From the NCBI GenBank assembly GCA_001275005.1, contig JWZX01003254.1:1-49181 (forward strand): DNA of 49,181 bases, given 5' to 3'. The position numbers and the translations under genes were made by a program. Shown here piece after piece: positions 20,579 to 31,612 of the stretch; within the stretch, counting starts at the first letter, position 1; each line of letters starts with the position of its first letter. The stretch is from Chrysochromulina tobinii (Eukaryota). The notes beneath the pieces are model-generated. The model saw only the letters and a list, made by a program, of their open reading frames with translations, ran no database searches and was not told where the DNA came from.

Positions 20579-23500
20579 ATGGCGATCGGCGATGTCACGG
20601 CCAACATGCTTCTGGGGTCTTCGTCTGCGACGGCGCCTCCGAAGAATCGCCTCGTCGAAATGCTCGTGGTGCGCCATGGCTCGCGCGGCGCGCCGCCCGA
20701 CCGACCGAGAGGCTTGATTTGATTTGGATGGGCCCTTCTCCTCCGCAGGCGCTGAGCAAAGACATGGCTGAGCACGACCGACCGAGCCCAGATGAGCCTC
20801 TCGACTTTCCCGAAGACCTCGTCGACGCGCTCGCGAACAAGAAGCTGCTCAAGCACAAAGACACGACCGTCAGGTGTGTGTCGTGCCGCCCGTCTTGAGC
20901 CCGTCCGGAGCTTGCACGTCCGCCGTCGTGTGCGCGCCCCCTGACAAAGGCGTCTGGTACTTGCGTGGCTCCACAGGCTCCACCTCGCGTGCTGCCTCGC
21001 CGACTACCTGCGCATGATCGCGCCGGAAATGCCCTACGAGGACGATCCCGCAAGTCTTAGAGTAAGCTCTCGCGCTCACGCTCGCGCCCGCGCTTCGTCG
21101 CGCCCCTCAACCTACGCCCGCTCAGCCCACCTCCTCGCGCGCTCGCCGCACTCGTACCGCGCAGGACGTCCTCGAGCTCCTGATCCAGCAGCTGCAGGGC
21201 CTCGAGGAGATCGAGAGCTCCCTGTACGAGAGGCACGTGTACCTGCTCCAACGGCTTGCGTACACGCAGGCGTTTAACCTGCTGCAGGACGAGGAGCTGC
21301 ACTGCGACGACCTGCTGCAGCAGCTCTTCGAGACGCTCTTCAACGCGGCGCACCTGAACCACAACGGCGCCGTTCGTGCCATGATGGTCAAGATGCTCGC
21401 CGACCTGTGCAGCGAGTACGAGGATGCCTCCATGTCGGCGCCGCTGCTCGACAGCATCCTCGCCAACCTGCTCGAACCGAAGCGCACGGAGGCTCCGGCA
21501 GCGTACGCGCTCGCCAAGGAGCTCGTCGCGGACCACGGCACTGTTGGCGGTGTGCTGCATGCGCCGCTGCAGACCTTTTTGCAGTCGTGCCTGCCCAACT
21601 CCCTCGTGACGTCGGAAGAGGGCAAGGAGAGCGAGTACCGTAGCGAGTGGCGTGAGCTCGTCATCGAGCTTACGTCGATCACGACGGAGGCGACGTCGAC
21701 GATCCTTCCGCAGCTCGTCGACGTCGCCAAGATGGACTCCGAGGCGACGCGTACCGACGCGCTCGAGTTGCTCGCGAGGCTCCTTGCGCTCGAGGAGTGC
21801 GATGTGGCTAAGGAGGTGCCCGCCCTGCTCGATGAAGCCTTCCTCCGCCGACTGATCGACGTGTCGACGGAGGTGCGCGTGATGGCGGTCAAGGAGACGG
21901 TGCCGCTGCTTGAGCAGAAGCCGGCGCTCCGCGCGACGCTCATCGAGCACCTGCTCCCTCGCGCGCGCGACGCCAAGGACAAGGTGCGCGAGGCGTTTGT
22001 GACGGCCGTGTGCGACGCGGCGCTCGAGACGGCGCTCGAGGCGCCCGATCTGGCCACGTACGCGCCGCTGCTCGAGGACGTGGCGCATCGGATGCTCGAC
22101 ACGAACAAGGCCATTGGCAAGGCCGCACGTGACGGACTGTGCGACGTCTACCGCAAGGCGGCCACCGCCCACCTCAAAGCCCATCCGAGCGCTTACGATG
22201 TACCTCAGGCGCTGCACGTGGTGCCACAGCGTCTGCTGTCCGCGTACGCGACGGAGGCGGCCAAGAGCCCGGAGTCGCGGCTCGAGATCGAGATGCTGCT
22301 CACGAACAAGCTGCTCCCGCCCGACGAGGGCCTGCGCCTGCGCTCCGTCTGCGCGCTGCACCGCACGCTCCTCGCGACCGCAGCCTCTCGACGAGCGTTC
22401 CGCTCGATGATGCGTGGAAAGAAGATCGTTCAGGCCGAAGTGATGCGCTGGACCGAGCTGCAGCGGGCGGCGACGGCCAAGGAGGCGAGCGACGAGGCCA
22501 AGGAGGCCGCGGCGCAAGAGCAGGCGGCTCTCGTCCTCAAGATGAGCTCGCGGCTGCCTCTGCAGGACAAGGTACGCGAGGTATGGGCGCAGCTGGCCGA
22601 GTGCAAGGATAAGAATGTGGCCAAGCACCTCGGGCTGCTCGCCTCGCCAGGCTCGAGCTACGCCGAGGTGCTCGCGGGGGCCAAGGCGCTCAAGCAGAGC
22701 GTGGCGGACAGGCTCACCGACAAGCAGAAGCCGCACCTCGACGCGATCCTCACCCTCACCGCCAACACTCTCCTCTGGCGCTCTGGTGCTGAGAGCCTTC
22801 TCGAAGGCGTCGCCGACGAGCTGCCCGAGGACGCGAGCGACCGCGCGCGCCCGACGCTCGAGCTGCTCCTCGACGTCTGCCTGTACGCGCCGCAGGTGTT
22901 TGCGAGCGCGGGCGCGCCCCTGGGCCGTGCCCTTGTGGCTGCGGCGCGCAGTAGTGAGGGCGATGGCGCCCGTGACGCCGCGCCGCCCGCCAAGCCGGGC
23001 GAGCCGCTGCCACTCCTGCTGCGCCTGGTGCAGGCGGCAAGCCCGCAGCTCAGGGACGCTGCGCCGAGCGTGCGCAAGCAGCTCTGCGGCGAGCTGTGCA
23101 AGCTCTGCTGCGTCGCCAAGGACGCGCTCGTGGGCAAGCTCGCGGCGCAGGCGATCTCGACGGATCTCCTCGTGCCTGCAGTGCGCGAGCAGACGTTCTG
23201 CGTGCTGCGCTCCAAGCTGCTGCCACATCTCGACCTGGCGAAGCCGACGGCCGCGCAGTTGTGCGCGCTCTCTGTGCTCGGCGCGCTCGCCAAGCGAGAG
23301 CCCGAGGCACTCGGCGACGACGCGGCTCGCGACGGGCTGCTGCGAAAGCTGCGCGAGGCGGCGCTGCCCACACCGTCGGCGAGCGGCTCCAAGATCGCGC
23401 CCCCCAAAGGCAAGCACGCGGCGCTCCCAATGCCCGAGATTGCGCGCCGGTGCGAGGCGCAGTCGCTCGTGCTCAAGCTGCTCGCCAATGAGCTCCTCGG

Positions 23501-24872
23501 CTCTGCCCACGCCCTCCACAGCGACGGCTCGGCCGCCAAAGACAAGGAAGACGGCTTCTCAGGCGACTCGGCCAATGCTGCCGGCGGTTGTGCAGGCCTC
23601 CCGCCGGCGCCGCCGGCGCCCCTGGCGCTCCCTCGGCTGCTCGATTTGATCCGGCGGCTCAGCATGGCGCTCGAGGCGGAGGGGGCTGTAGGCGTGGCCG
23701 AGGCGGCCGACGAGATCGCCCATGGCAAGCTGCGACTCGCGTGTGGCAAGGCGCTCCTCAAGCTGCTGCGCGTGTGCCCGTACAAGGTGGAGAACACGCT
23801 CAGGGCACCGGGCGTGCACAAGCTCGCACTGCTGATGCACGACGGCATCCCGCAGGTGCGCGCCGCCTTTGGCAAGAAGCTCGCTGCCGAGGCGATGCGC
23901 GGCTTTCAGACCGACAAGAAGGAGACGAAGCTCGGCGCGCCCGCGCGCTACCTGAGCACGCGTACCAAGAACCTGCCGCCGCAGTACATCACGTGGCTAG
24001 CCCTCGCGGCGGTCGACCCGCTACCCGGGCTTCAGCAGTTTGCTCGCGAGAGGCTCGTCCACCTAGCCGCGGTGTGGCGCAGCACGGCCGAGAGACAAAA
24101 GAATCCGCGCGGCCTGCCCGAGACTCAACTGCCGTGGCTCGTGCACGTGCTCGCACACCATCCTGACTTCGAGATGGAGGAGCGCGCACTCGACGCCGAG
24201 GAGGACGAGGAGGACGAGGAGAGCGAGGGCAGCGTGACCAAGCAGAGCGGCACGATGCCGACGGCGCAGCGCTGCCTCGACTTTTACATCAACGGCTGCC
24301 TCGCCAAGAGCGTCAATAGCTTCGATCTGCTGCGCGAGGTGTGTGCCAAGGTGCGCACGGCTGTCGACCGCCTCGAGCCCAACGGCCCGCAGACCCGAAT
24401 GGTCGCCGCCATCGCGCGCGCGCTCATCGACTTCCGCGCGGAGCGCTCGCGCAATGCGATGGTCTCGCCTGTGCCGCCCCAACTCGGATTACCGTCGCTC
24501 CTCTTCTTCCGGCCGAGCGAGGGGCATCCGTTGCACGCGGACGCGGACCACCTGCCCCTCGGCAGCGCCTTCCAGTTCATTGACGGCCTCAAGGACACGC
24601 CGAAGCCCTTCACGCAGGCCGCCGGCCCGGCCGCCGGTGTGAGCGGCGCACTCATCGTGACTGGCAAGAGGTCGTCGAGCGGCGGCAGCAACGAGCAGCG
24701 GCGGACGAGCAGCGGCAGTGGCAGCGGCAGTGCGAGCGCGGGCAAAGGCAAAGCAGCGGGGCGTGCGTCGCCACGCAAGGCGGGCGCTGCCAAGGCGGGC
24801 GCGAAAAGGAAGACGAGCGCCGACGGGCAGCCGGCGAAGAAGAAGAAGGTCACGGAGGACGAGGAAGGGGAG

Positions 24873-24908
<36 letters not shown>

Positions 24909-25328
24909 AGCGAGGACAGCGAGGACGATGACGAGGAGGAGGCTAAGGCGCGCGCGGACGCAGTGCAGCAGAAAGCCGAGCGGCAGGCACGCCTCGCGCG
25001 ACGTGAGGGACTCGCCACCCTGATGCCGCCCTCGGCCACCGAGCCCGCCGCCCCGCCGCCGAAGAAGAAGGCGGCGCCGGCGCCACAAGCGCTCAAGGCG
25101 CTGCCAGCGCCGAAGGAGACGCCCGCGATAGCGCCCGCCGCAGCACCCTCTAAAGCTGACGGCGCCAAGGAGGCCAGGCGCAAGCGGGCGGCGCCGGGCG
25201 AGGCCGAAGCATCCAGGAAGGAGGCGCCCAAGGCGGCGCCCAAGGCGGCCGCCGCGGCGGACCCCTTTTCGTTCGCAGAGAATGACGGGCCGAATCAGGC
25301 CAAACGGCCGAGCCTTCGCGGCCGGTGA
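20579..25328 (+). CDS. PDS5: Sister chromatid cohesion protein PDS5, 4 exons, about 1487 aa
   Basis: Exons 20579-20668, 20749-20873, 20977-21061 and 21165-25328 join in frame. LLKHKDTTVRLHLACCLADYLRMIAPEMPY, QQLQGLEE..YLLQRLA, HEAT repeats, LPETQLPWLVHVLAHHPDF, basic/acidic tail. Confidence 0.9.
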
Positions 25329-25334
25329 TCGTGA

Positions 25335-25426
25335 GGGCCGACCGCCCTTTAGCGGCTATTGGGCGGCTATTGGGCCGACCGCTCAGTAGCCAATAACCCA
25401 ATGCGGGCCGACCGCCCAATAGCCGC
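25335..25426. repeat. Inverted/direct repeat cluster immediately after the PDS5 stop
   Basis: Perfect 15-bp inverted repeat gcggctattgggcgg (25352-25366) / ccgcccaatagccgc (25412-25426); three copies of gggccgaccgc. Confidence 0.75.
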
Positions 25427-26006
25427 CGCCAGCCGGCGGAGCCACACTAAGAGAGTTCCATGGAGAGGCATGCAAGGTCCACAGTTCTGGAGGGCGCCGT
25501 CGTGGCGTGCCGGCATGATGTTGATGAGAGCGCACGAGTACGCTCGTACGGGGAGAGACCTTCCGAGGGGCTGCTCGGCACGGCAAGCACGGCAAGCACG
25601 GCACGTGGCGTGCTTGGCCGTGATCGCTTCGGTTTCACGGCACGTGATCGCTCGGCGTCAAGGTTCGCGCATCGTGCGGGCGAGGGCCTTGCCGGGGTGC
25701 GGGCGTCCGCTCCCCGAACCGCTCCCCGAACGGCGCGGGTATACCTAATCCCGACCGGTACAAATGGCGGACGAGAGACCGACGACGCGCCCGCGCCCTC
25801 GACCCGCGCCCCACCCCCCGCCCGTGCACTTGTACACCGTTCCCCGTTGGTTGCGCTCAGAGACGTCTGCCGCGTGTGAGGCGAATAAAAATTAAACACC
25901 CGCATCGTCACGCATCCGCCGGGCGCCGGCCTCTGAAAGCAACGATATTACAACGCACGAATAGAAATCCCGCTAACGGAGCTGTGTGGCCGCCTTTTGT
26001 GTTCCG

Positions 26007-27797
26007 TCATCTCACTCTCCGAGCCCCTCGGCCGAGGCGGCCGTACATACGATGCTGCCTGAGCACATCGGTGCGTGTGACGAGACCGAGGAGCACGCCG
26101 TTCTCGTCGGTGACGGGCAGCCGGCCGGAGCCCGTGTCGATGATCAGCTGCTCCACCTTGTCGAATTTGGCTTCGGGCGCGATGGTCACCACATCGCGCC
26201 GCATCCACACCTTGACTAGCTGCTGCCCCTTGCCCGCCTGCTCGGCCTTGACGACGTCGCTGAACTTGAGCATGCCCATTAGCTTGCGCTCATCATCGAT
26301 GACTGGCACAGCCTTCTTCGCGATACGATTCATCATCTTCATCGCCTCTTCCATCGTGTCGCCTGGGGAGCAGCTGAAGACCGTCTTCGTCATCAGATCC
26401 TCAGCCGTTGGCTGCTCTGGCACCTGTGAGATCACATGCTCGAGGGCGCGGTTGAGCAACGACCGCGCCTCCGCCACGACGGAGGGTGGCGCGTTGGGCA
26501 GCGCTCGGGGCAGCTCGTCCACTTCCTCCACAGCAACCGCGGGCTCTGCGTCAGCGGCGGCGGTCGCGGTCGCGGCAACCGCCCCGCCCGCGCCGCCTCC
26601 AGTGACTGTCGCGAGATGTGCTCTCTTCTTCTTCAGTGGACCGGCGGGCGCCGAGGCGGGCGCCTCCTCGGCCCCCGCCGCCCCGTCGGCCTCGGGTGGG
26701 TCTGCTGGGTCTGCCAGCCGAATGGAGGCTGCTGCGGCTGCAGGATGCCCTCCGCCATTGAAACGTCCCATCACATCGTTCAGGTCGACAGCGGAGGCGC
26801 GCGGAGAGCAGCGCCCGATGAGCGACAGAAAGGACTGCTGCTTAGCGTTTCGGTGTGTGATGCCGAGCAGCAGCGCATCGAACGAGAGGAGTTGAAGGAG
26901 CTCCTCGCACACGGCGGACATGCCGGTGACGAAGCCCCGACCCGTGTCGAGGCACACGGTGCCGACCTTGAGCCCCTCATGCTCGCAGCTCTGCACGTCG
27001 CGCATCGCGCTCGCGAGCAGGTCGCGCTGCACGGCGGAGAGGCGCGCCTGCCCAAACTCGGCGATGGCCAGTTGTGAGGCGCCTTGCTCCATGAGGTAGA
27101 CGAGGGCGCGTCCGTCGCGCGGCGTGGTGCTCGGGAACGAGAGAGCGCCCGTGTCGGCGCGGATGCCCAGCGCGAACAGCGTGGCCTCCGTCTCGCTCAG
27201 CTTGATCTTGTGCGCGTGCTTCTGCAGTTCCTCAACGAGCACCGTCGTTACCGAGCCCACAGGCTCCAGGTGGAGCTCCGTCGGGTTGATGTCGCCGTCC
27301 ACGCACGAGTGGTGGTCGTACACGGCAACGTGCGAGGCGTTTTCGAGCCACGCGGCGGCCGGCCCCAGCCGGTTGGCCGATTGTGTATCCACCACGCCGA
27401 TGGCACCGATGTCGACCGCACGGATGGTCTTAAAGCCTCTGATGGGTAGCAGGTGCTTGTGGTAAGCGAGGAAGCGCCCAACGAGTGGGTTGACGCCCCG
27501 CGGCATGACGACGTGCGTGGGCACCTCCGGCCGCTCGATGCTCCACAGCTTCGCCAGTGCGACCGCGCCGGCGAGCGAGTCGAAATCAGTGTTCGTGTGT
27601 GTGAGGACGACATTGCATGCCTCGTCCAGCTCGGTCTTGGGCGTGGCGGCGATGACGCAGCGGGCACGCAGCGTAGACGGTGGGCGTAGCGGAATTCCCA
27701 CGTAAAAGGTAGCCGTGATTGCTAGCATGGTCAGCAACATTACGCTCGTCCACGGGCTTATCGAAGAGGCCGACCGCAGAGCCGCCGCCCGTCTCAT
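26007..27797 (-). CDS. DHH/DHHA1 phosphoesterase (NrnA-like) with a C-terminal CBS pair and a probable plastid presequence
   Basis: VLTHTNTDFDSL, VVDTQ, YDHH, GSVTT, GIRADTG, GGGHPAAAAAS; two CBS repeats (AEDLMT..AVPVID..GML / VWMRRDVVTI..RLPV..LLGLVTRTDVL). Start at 27797 or 27740 (MLLTMLAITATF). Confidence 0.85.
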   Translation of the reverse strand: MRRAAALRSASSISPWTSVMLLTMLAITATFYVGIPLRPPSTLRARCVIAATPKTELDEACNVVLTHTNTDFDSLAGAVALAKLWSIERPEVPTHVVMPRGVNPLVGRFLAYHKHLLPIRGFKTIRAVDIGAIGVVDTQSANRLGPAAAWLENASHVAVYDHHSCVDGDINPTELHLEPVGSVTTVLVEELQKHAHKIKLSETEATLFALGIRADTGALSFPSTTPRDGRALVYLMEQGASQLAIAEFGQARLSAVQRDLLASAMRDVQSCEHEGLKVGTVCLDTGRGFVTGMSAVCEELLQLLSFDALLLGITHRNAKQQSFLSLIGRCSPRASAVDLNDVMGRFNGGGHPAAAAASIRLADPADPPEADGAAGAEEAPASAPAGPLKKKRAHLATVTGGGAGGAVAATATAAADAEPAVAVEEVDELPRALPNAPPSVVAEARSLLNRALEHVISQVPEQPTAEDLMTKTVFSCSPGDTMEEAMKMMNRIAKKAVPVIDDERKLMGMLKFSDVVKAEQAGKGQQLVKVWMRRDVVTIAPEAKFDKVEQLIIDTGSGRLPVTDENGVLLGLVTRTDVLRQHRMYGRLGRGARRVR

Positions 27798-27978
27798 GCT
27801 TCGTCAAATGCTTCGTCAGAAATTGAGAGTTTTTTGTGCACTGGGAGCCCGTCTGTTTCAGTTCATGTAAGCTCTGAGCCTTCTTCTCTCTTTCAACTCC
27901 GCTTTCCGGATAAGTTCGCGGAGAAAGAGCAAGGTGGGAGCGTCTTCTGCACGAGTTTTCTCAAGCGCTCCCGGCAAC

Positions 27979-28938
27979 ATGTATGGCTCTTGCTGCGAGG
28001 AGCAGGACGCGCAGGAGGCGAAGGTGCGCGCGCGTGTGGCCGAGATCAAACGCATAACGGAGGATCGGCTCATGCGAGGCCATAAGGTACGTGAGAACAT
28101 GCGGCGATCCATGCGTCCGACGCATTTTGGCGGGTGCCCAGATCCTTGCTGCGACGGCTGTGGCGGCTGTGACGAAGATGAGGTTGATGGCGAAAGCGGG
28201 GAGACCGACGCGGCGGGAGACCCGTCCATCCGCGCGAAGAAGGCCAACGGCGCCGGAGAAGATGGCGACGAAAGCGACTCCTTTGACGAGGATGCTGACG
28301 AGGAGGCATTCATGGCGCGCATGCGCGCTGCGCGCCTCGAGCAGATGCGCGAGCAGATGCGCGCGACTGCGGGCACGACTGCGCAGCGCCTCTCAGGCCA
28401 TGGCGTGCACGTGCGGCTCCGTGAGGACCAGCCACTCTCGGCGTTGCTCGAGGACCCCACGGACGACTCGCCTGTAATCGCACACATCGCCGCAGGCGAC
28501 GGCGAGTCCGAGGCGTGCCTGTGGGTCGAGGACGCGCTGCGCCGCGCCGCACCCGAGCTGCCCTTCGCGCGCCTCGTGACCGATTTGAGCTGCTCTGGCG
28601 GCCAGCCGCCCGACTTTTTGCCCTTCGTGTGCAAGCTCCCAGTGCTCCTGGTCGTCGAGCGCGGTGTTGTGAGCGGCGTGTGCGATACGCTCGGGGAGCA
28701 CCGCGAGCCGGAGGCTATCCGCGCGCTCATAAGCCGATGGCTCGCCAATGAGCGTGTGCGGCTTGCCGAGGTCGCCACCGCCGCTGCCAGAGCAGCCGCC
28801 GCCGCCGACGACGACGACGACGACAACGACGACGACGGGCCGGGCTCGTACTGCGGCCGCCCGGGATGTCGCTCGTACCCGCACGAGCACGTGGGCAGCA
28901 AGGCGATGGGCGGTGATGGGATGCCAACTCCGATGTAG
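27979..28938 (+). CDS. Phosducin-like / thioredoxin-fold protein with Cys-rich ends
   Basis: Acidic tract, then FMARMRAARLEQMR..GHG, VIAHI..EACLWVEDALRRAAPELPFARLV, LPVLLVVERGVV. ATG at 27979. Confidence 0.65.
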   Translation: MYGSCCEEQDAQEAKVRARVAEIKRITEDRLMRGHKVRENMRRSMRPTHFGGCPDPCCDGCGGCDEDEVDGESGETDAAGDPSIRAKKANGAGEDGDESDSFDEDADEEAFMARMRAARLEQMREQMRATAGTTAQRLSGHGVHVRLREDQPLSALLEDPTDDSPVIAHIAAGDGESEACLWVEDALRRAAPELPFARLVTDLSCSGGQPPDFLPFVCKLPVLLVVERGVVSGVCDTLGEHREPEAIRALISRWLANERVRLAEVATAAARAAAAADDDDDDNDDDGPGSYCGRPGCRSYPHEHVGSKAMGGDGMPTPM

Positions 28939-29104
28939 TCATCACAGGGCCAATATAATTGTAATCGAACAAATTTACTGCACCCCGCTCGCACACACGC
29001 TCCTTTCCGCACTTTTGGCACTACTTTTTCACGCCTCCAAGATTTGGTATCGACTTGCCTTCACTTGCCTTGACTTGACACTTTGCTGAATCAATGCTGA
29101 ATCA

Positions 29105-29701
29105 ATGCCACCTTTCTTCCTCACTCGCGCCATCGAAAGCGCGACGTCTATCTTCCTTTCACCCGCCGGCGCCGATCGCGCAGAGTGGCGGCCCGTGATC
29201 TTTTCCAACCGGCCGCTTCCCATCTTCTATCGCGCGTCTTCGTGGGGATATTCAGTTGTGGGCGCGCTGCTGATCATCTTCGCCGAGCAGATGCGCGCGT
29301 GCGACGAGGGATTCTGGTGGCGCGCTGTTGGTGCGGGTCTGTTCGTGCAAGGATTCCTTTCCTACCAAAGCGATGTGGCCATGTGGGGCCGCCATGATGC
29401 TGAGGCGCGCATATGGAAGTTGATTGACCCTCTGCTCGCATCCACACTCACCGTGATGGTAGGGCCTGTGATCTGCAGCCGCATGGCGCTGGGCGTCTTC
29501 ACATTGCCTGAGGAACTCAAACACACGTGGACGCTCGGCGTGGTGATGGCCATCACGTCCAAGCTCATGGGTGCCCGAGCCGCGCGCAGTCCTGACGTCA
29601 AGTGCGAGACAATTCTATTGTGGCATTGCGGCTGGCACGCGCTGCCGCTGGTTGCGGTGTACTGCATACTTGGCATCGTGCAGCATGTCGAAACGAATTG
29701 A
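29105..29701 (+). CDS. Multi-pass membrane protein of unknown function (possibly CREST-like)
   Basis: 198-aa ATG ORF with about 5 hydrophobic segments; SYQSD, IDPLLA and WHCGWH motifs. Confidence 0.55.
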   Translation: MPPFFLTRAIESATSIFLSPAGADRAEWRPVIFSNRPLPIFYRASSWGYSVVGALLIIFAEQMRACDEGFWWRAVGAGLFVQGFLSYQSDVAMWGRHDAEARIWKLIDPLLASTLTVMVGPVICSRMALGVFTLPEELKHTWTLGVVMAITSKLMGARAARSPDVKCETILLWHCGWHALPLVAVYCILGIVQHVETN

Positions 29702-30167
29702 GTCACCCTCTGCGAGCCCAAGACCCGAAGGCGAGGTTCAAAAATAGATCCGCATCCGGGCCGCCAAGACCGAGCAGGCGAAGTCGTATATATAGGATCC
29801 ACCAACCACCATCCCGCCAAGGTTGACGTCAATGACGTTGTCCATTTTTATATACGTTCGCAATCGCGGGCGCGGTGGCTTTGGTGACTGGGTGTGTTCT
29901 GGGTGTGTGGCCGGTTCGTGGCCCGGTTACATCTTACTGACATCTTACTATACCTGAAAAGCCCGAGACGCGACCACTCGGCGTCGAGGAGACGCCTTCG
30001 CGCACCAAGCACCCTTGTGTGGGAACGTCCCCCGCCGTCCTCACAGTTGGGGTGCTGGGGGCGGGCGCTTGGCGGCGCGCGCGTTGCACCCCTCGGTCTG
30101 GTGCCATGTCTAGTGCGTGCGGTGTCGTGACCGCGGCTTCGTCAAGCGTCCCCCCGTTCTCACACAC

Positions 30168-31580
30168 CTAGTCGCCCCGCACCTCGCCAAAGCGCGTGGC
30201 CACCTGGTCGATGCTCGCATTGAGCGCGCGCATCTCGGCGTCTAGGGCGGCGAGCTCGTCAACAAACGTCGAGCCGCCGGACTGCTGAGGCTCTGGCTGG
30301 GGCATGTGATGGGGCTGTTGAGGCTGGGCCTGCGTAGGTGGCGGCGGATGAATGAAGGTCCGTAGATGCGGCGGTGGCTGAGAGGGCGGCACGGCCGGCA
30401 AGAGGAAAGAGGGCGGAAAGAGAATCCGTGTTCCGCCCTTGGTGCTTCGCTCCTCGTCGTCCTCCGTACGGCGGCTGGCCGCGGCGCCTGCGCCCATGCC
30501 CGCATACGTGCCAGTGCCTGGGCATGCCGCATGGCCAGTGCTGCCGTGGGCGGGTGGCTCGTTCGCATCCAAGGTGCGCACTGCCTTCCAAGGAGGTTGC
30601 TCCGTATACGAAGAAGACTCGTCGGCTCGCACACCTTGCATGCAAGTGCTCACCACGGCGCCGTCTCCCCACGAAGAGGACTCGTCGGTTCGCACGCTGG
30701 GCATGGCGGCGACCGCGCCTCGCCTTGGTGCAGCGTGTAGGCCAGCAGCGGAGATCACAGTGGAGATGATCGTGGGAGGTGGCTGCACTGCTCGGGAGGG
30801 CTCAACTACGGTTGAAGACCGCGCCCACGGCGATCGATCCGGAGGGGGAGTGGGACGCTGCGCCGGTGGCGGCGGCGGCGCCGCCGCCTGCGTTGGGAGC
30901 GGTCGCTTGTGCGGCGATGGCGGGGGCGGTTGTTGCCGCTGCGCTTCCGCCCGCGCCTCCGCCAAGGCCCGTTGCTGCTCCGCAAGCGCCGCGGTGGCGC
31001 GCTGCACGCCGGCCTCGTGCTGCTGGTGCAGCTGCTCGAGCTCGCGATCTCGCCTCTCGAGCTCGCGCCGATGCTCTTCCGCCATACGCTCGGCTCGACG
31101 CTCGGCCTCCGCCTGCTGCTTTTCGAGGGCCTTGGCATGCTGCTTCTCTGCGTGGGTGAGCCTGCGCGCCATCTCCACCTCGAGCTCGGACCGAACGGCC
31201 GCCTGCGCCTCGTTCACGCGCCTCGTCCACTCACTCGTCGCCTCAGCCATAGCCGCGCGTAGCTGCTGATCGTACACCATCTCGCGCTCGCTCTGCGCCG
31301 CCTGCAGCCCGACGATCGTTTGCTGGTACTTGGCGATCAGGCTCTGAGTGCGCTGCTGCTGCCCGCTCGCGCTGTGCAGCTCGTCCCGCGCCTCGCGAAG
31401 CTCGCGCCGCAGCCAGCGCACCTCCGACTGCGTCCCCTGAACCATGGTTATCTTATACTCTGACGACGGCCCGGCCGCACCCGCCGTGCTTGCGAGTGCA
31501 GACGCGCCGCCGCGAGGCAGCAGGCTCTTGCGCTCGCTCTTGCGCTCGCTCTTGCGCTCGGGCCTGGAGGCACTCGCAAG

Positions 31581-31612
<32 letters not shown>

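Noticed and set aside
20366..20677. N-terminal extension of the 798-aa xpt ORF
   Set aside because: Overlaps PDS5 exon 1 and the shared promoter; the signal peptide starts at Met 20365.
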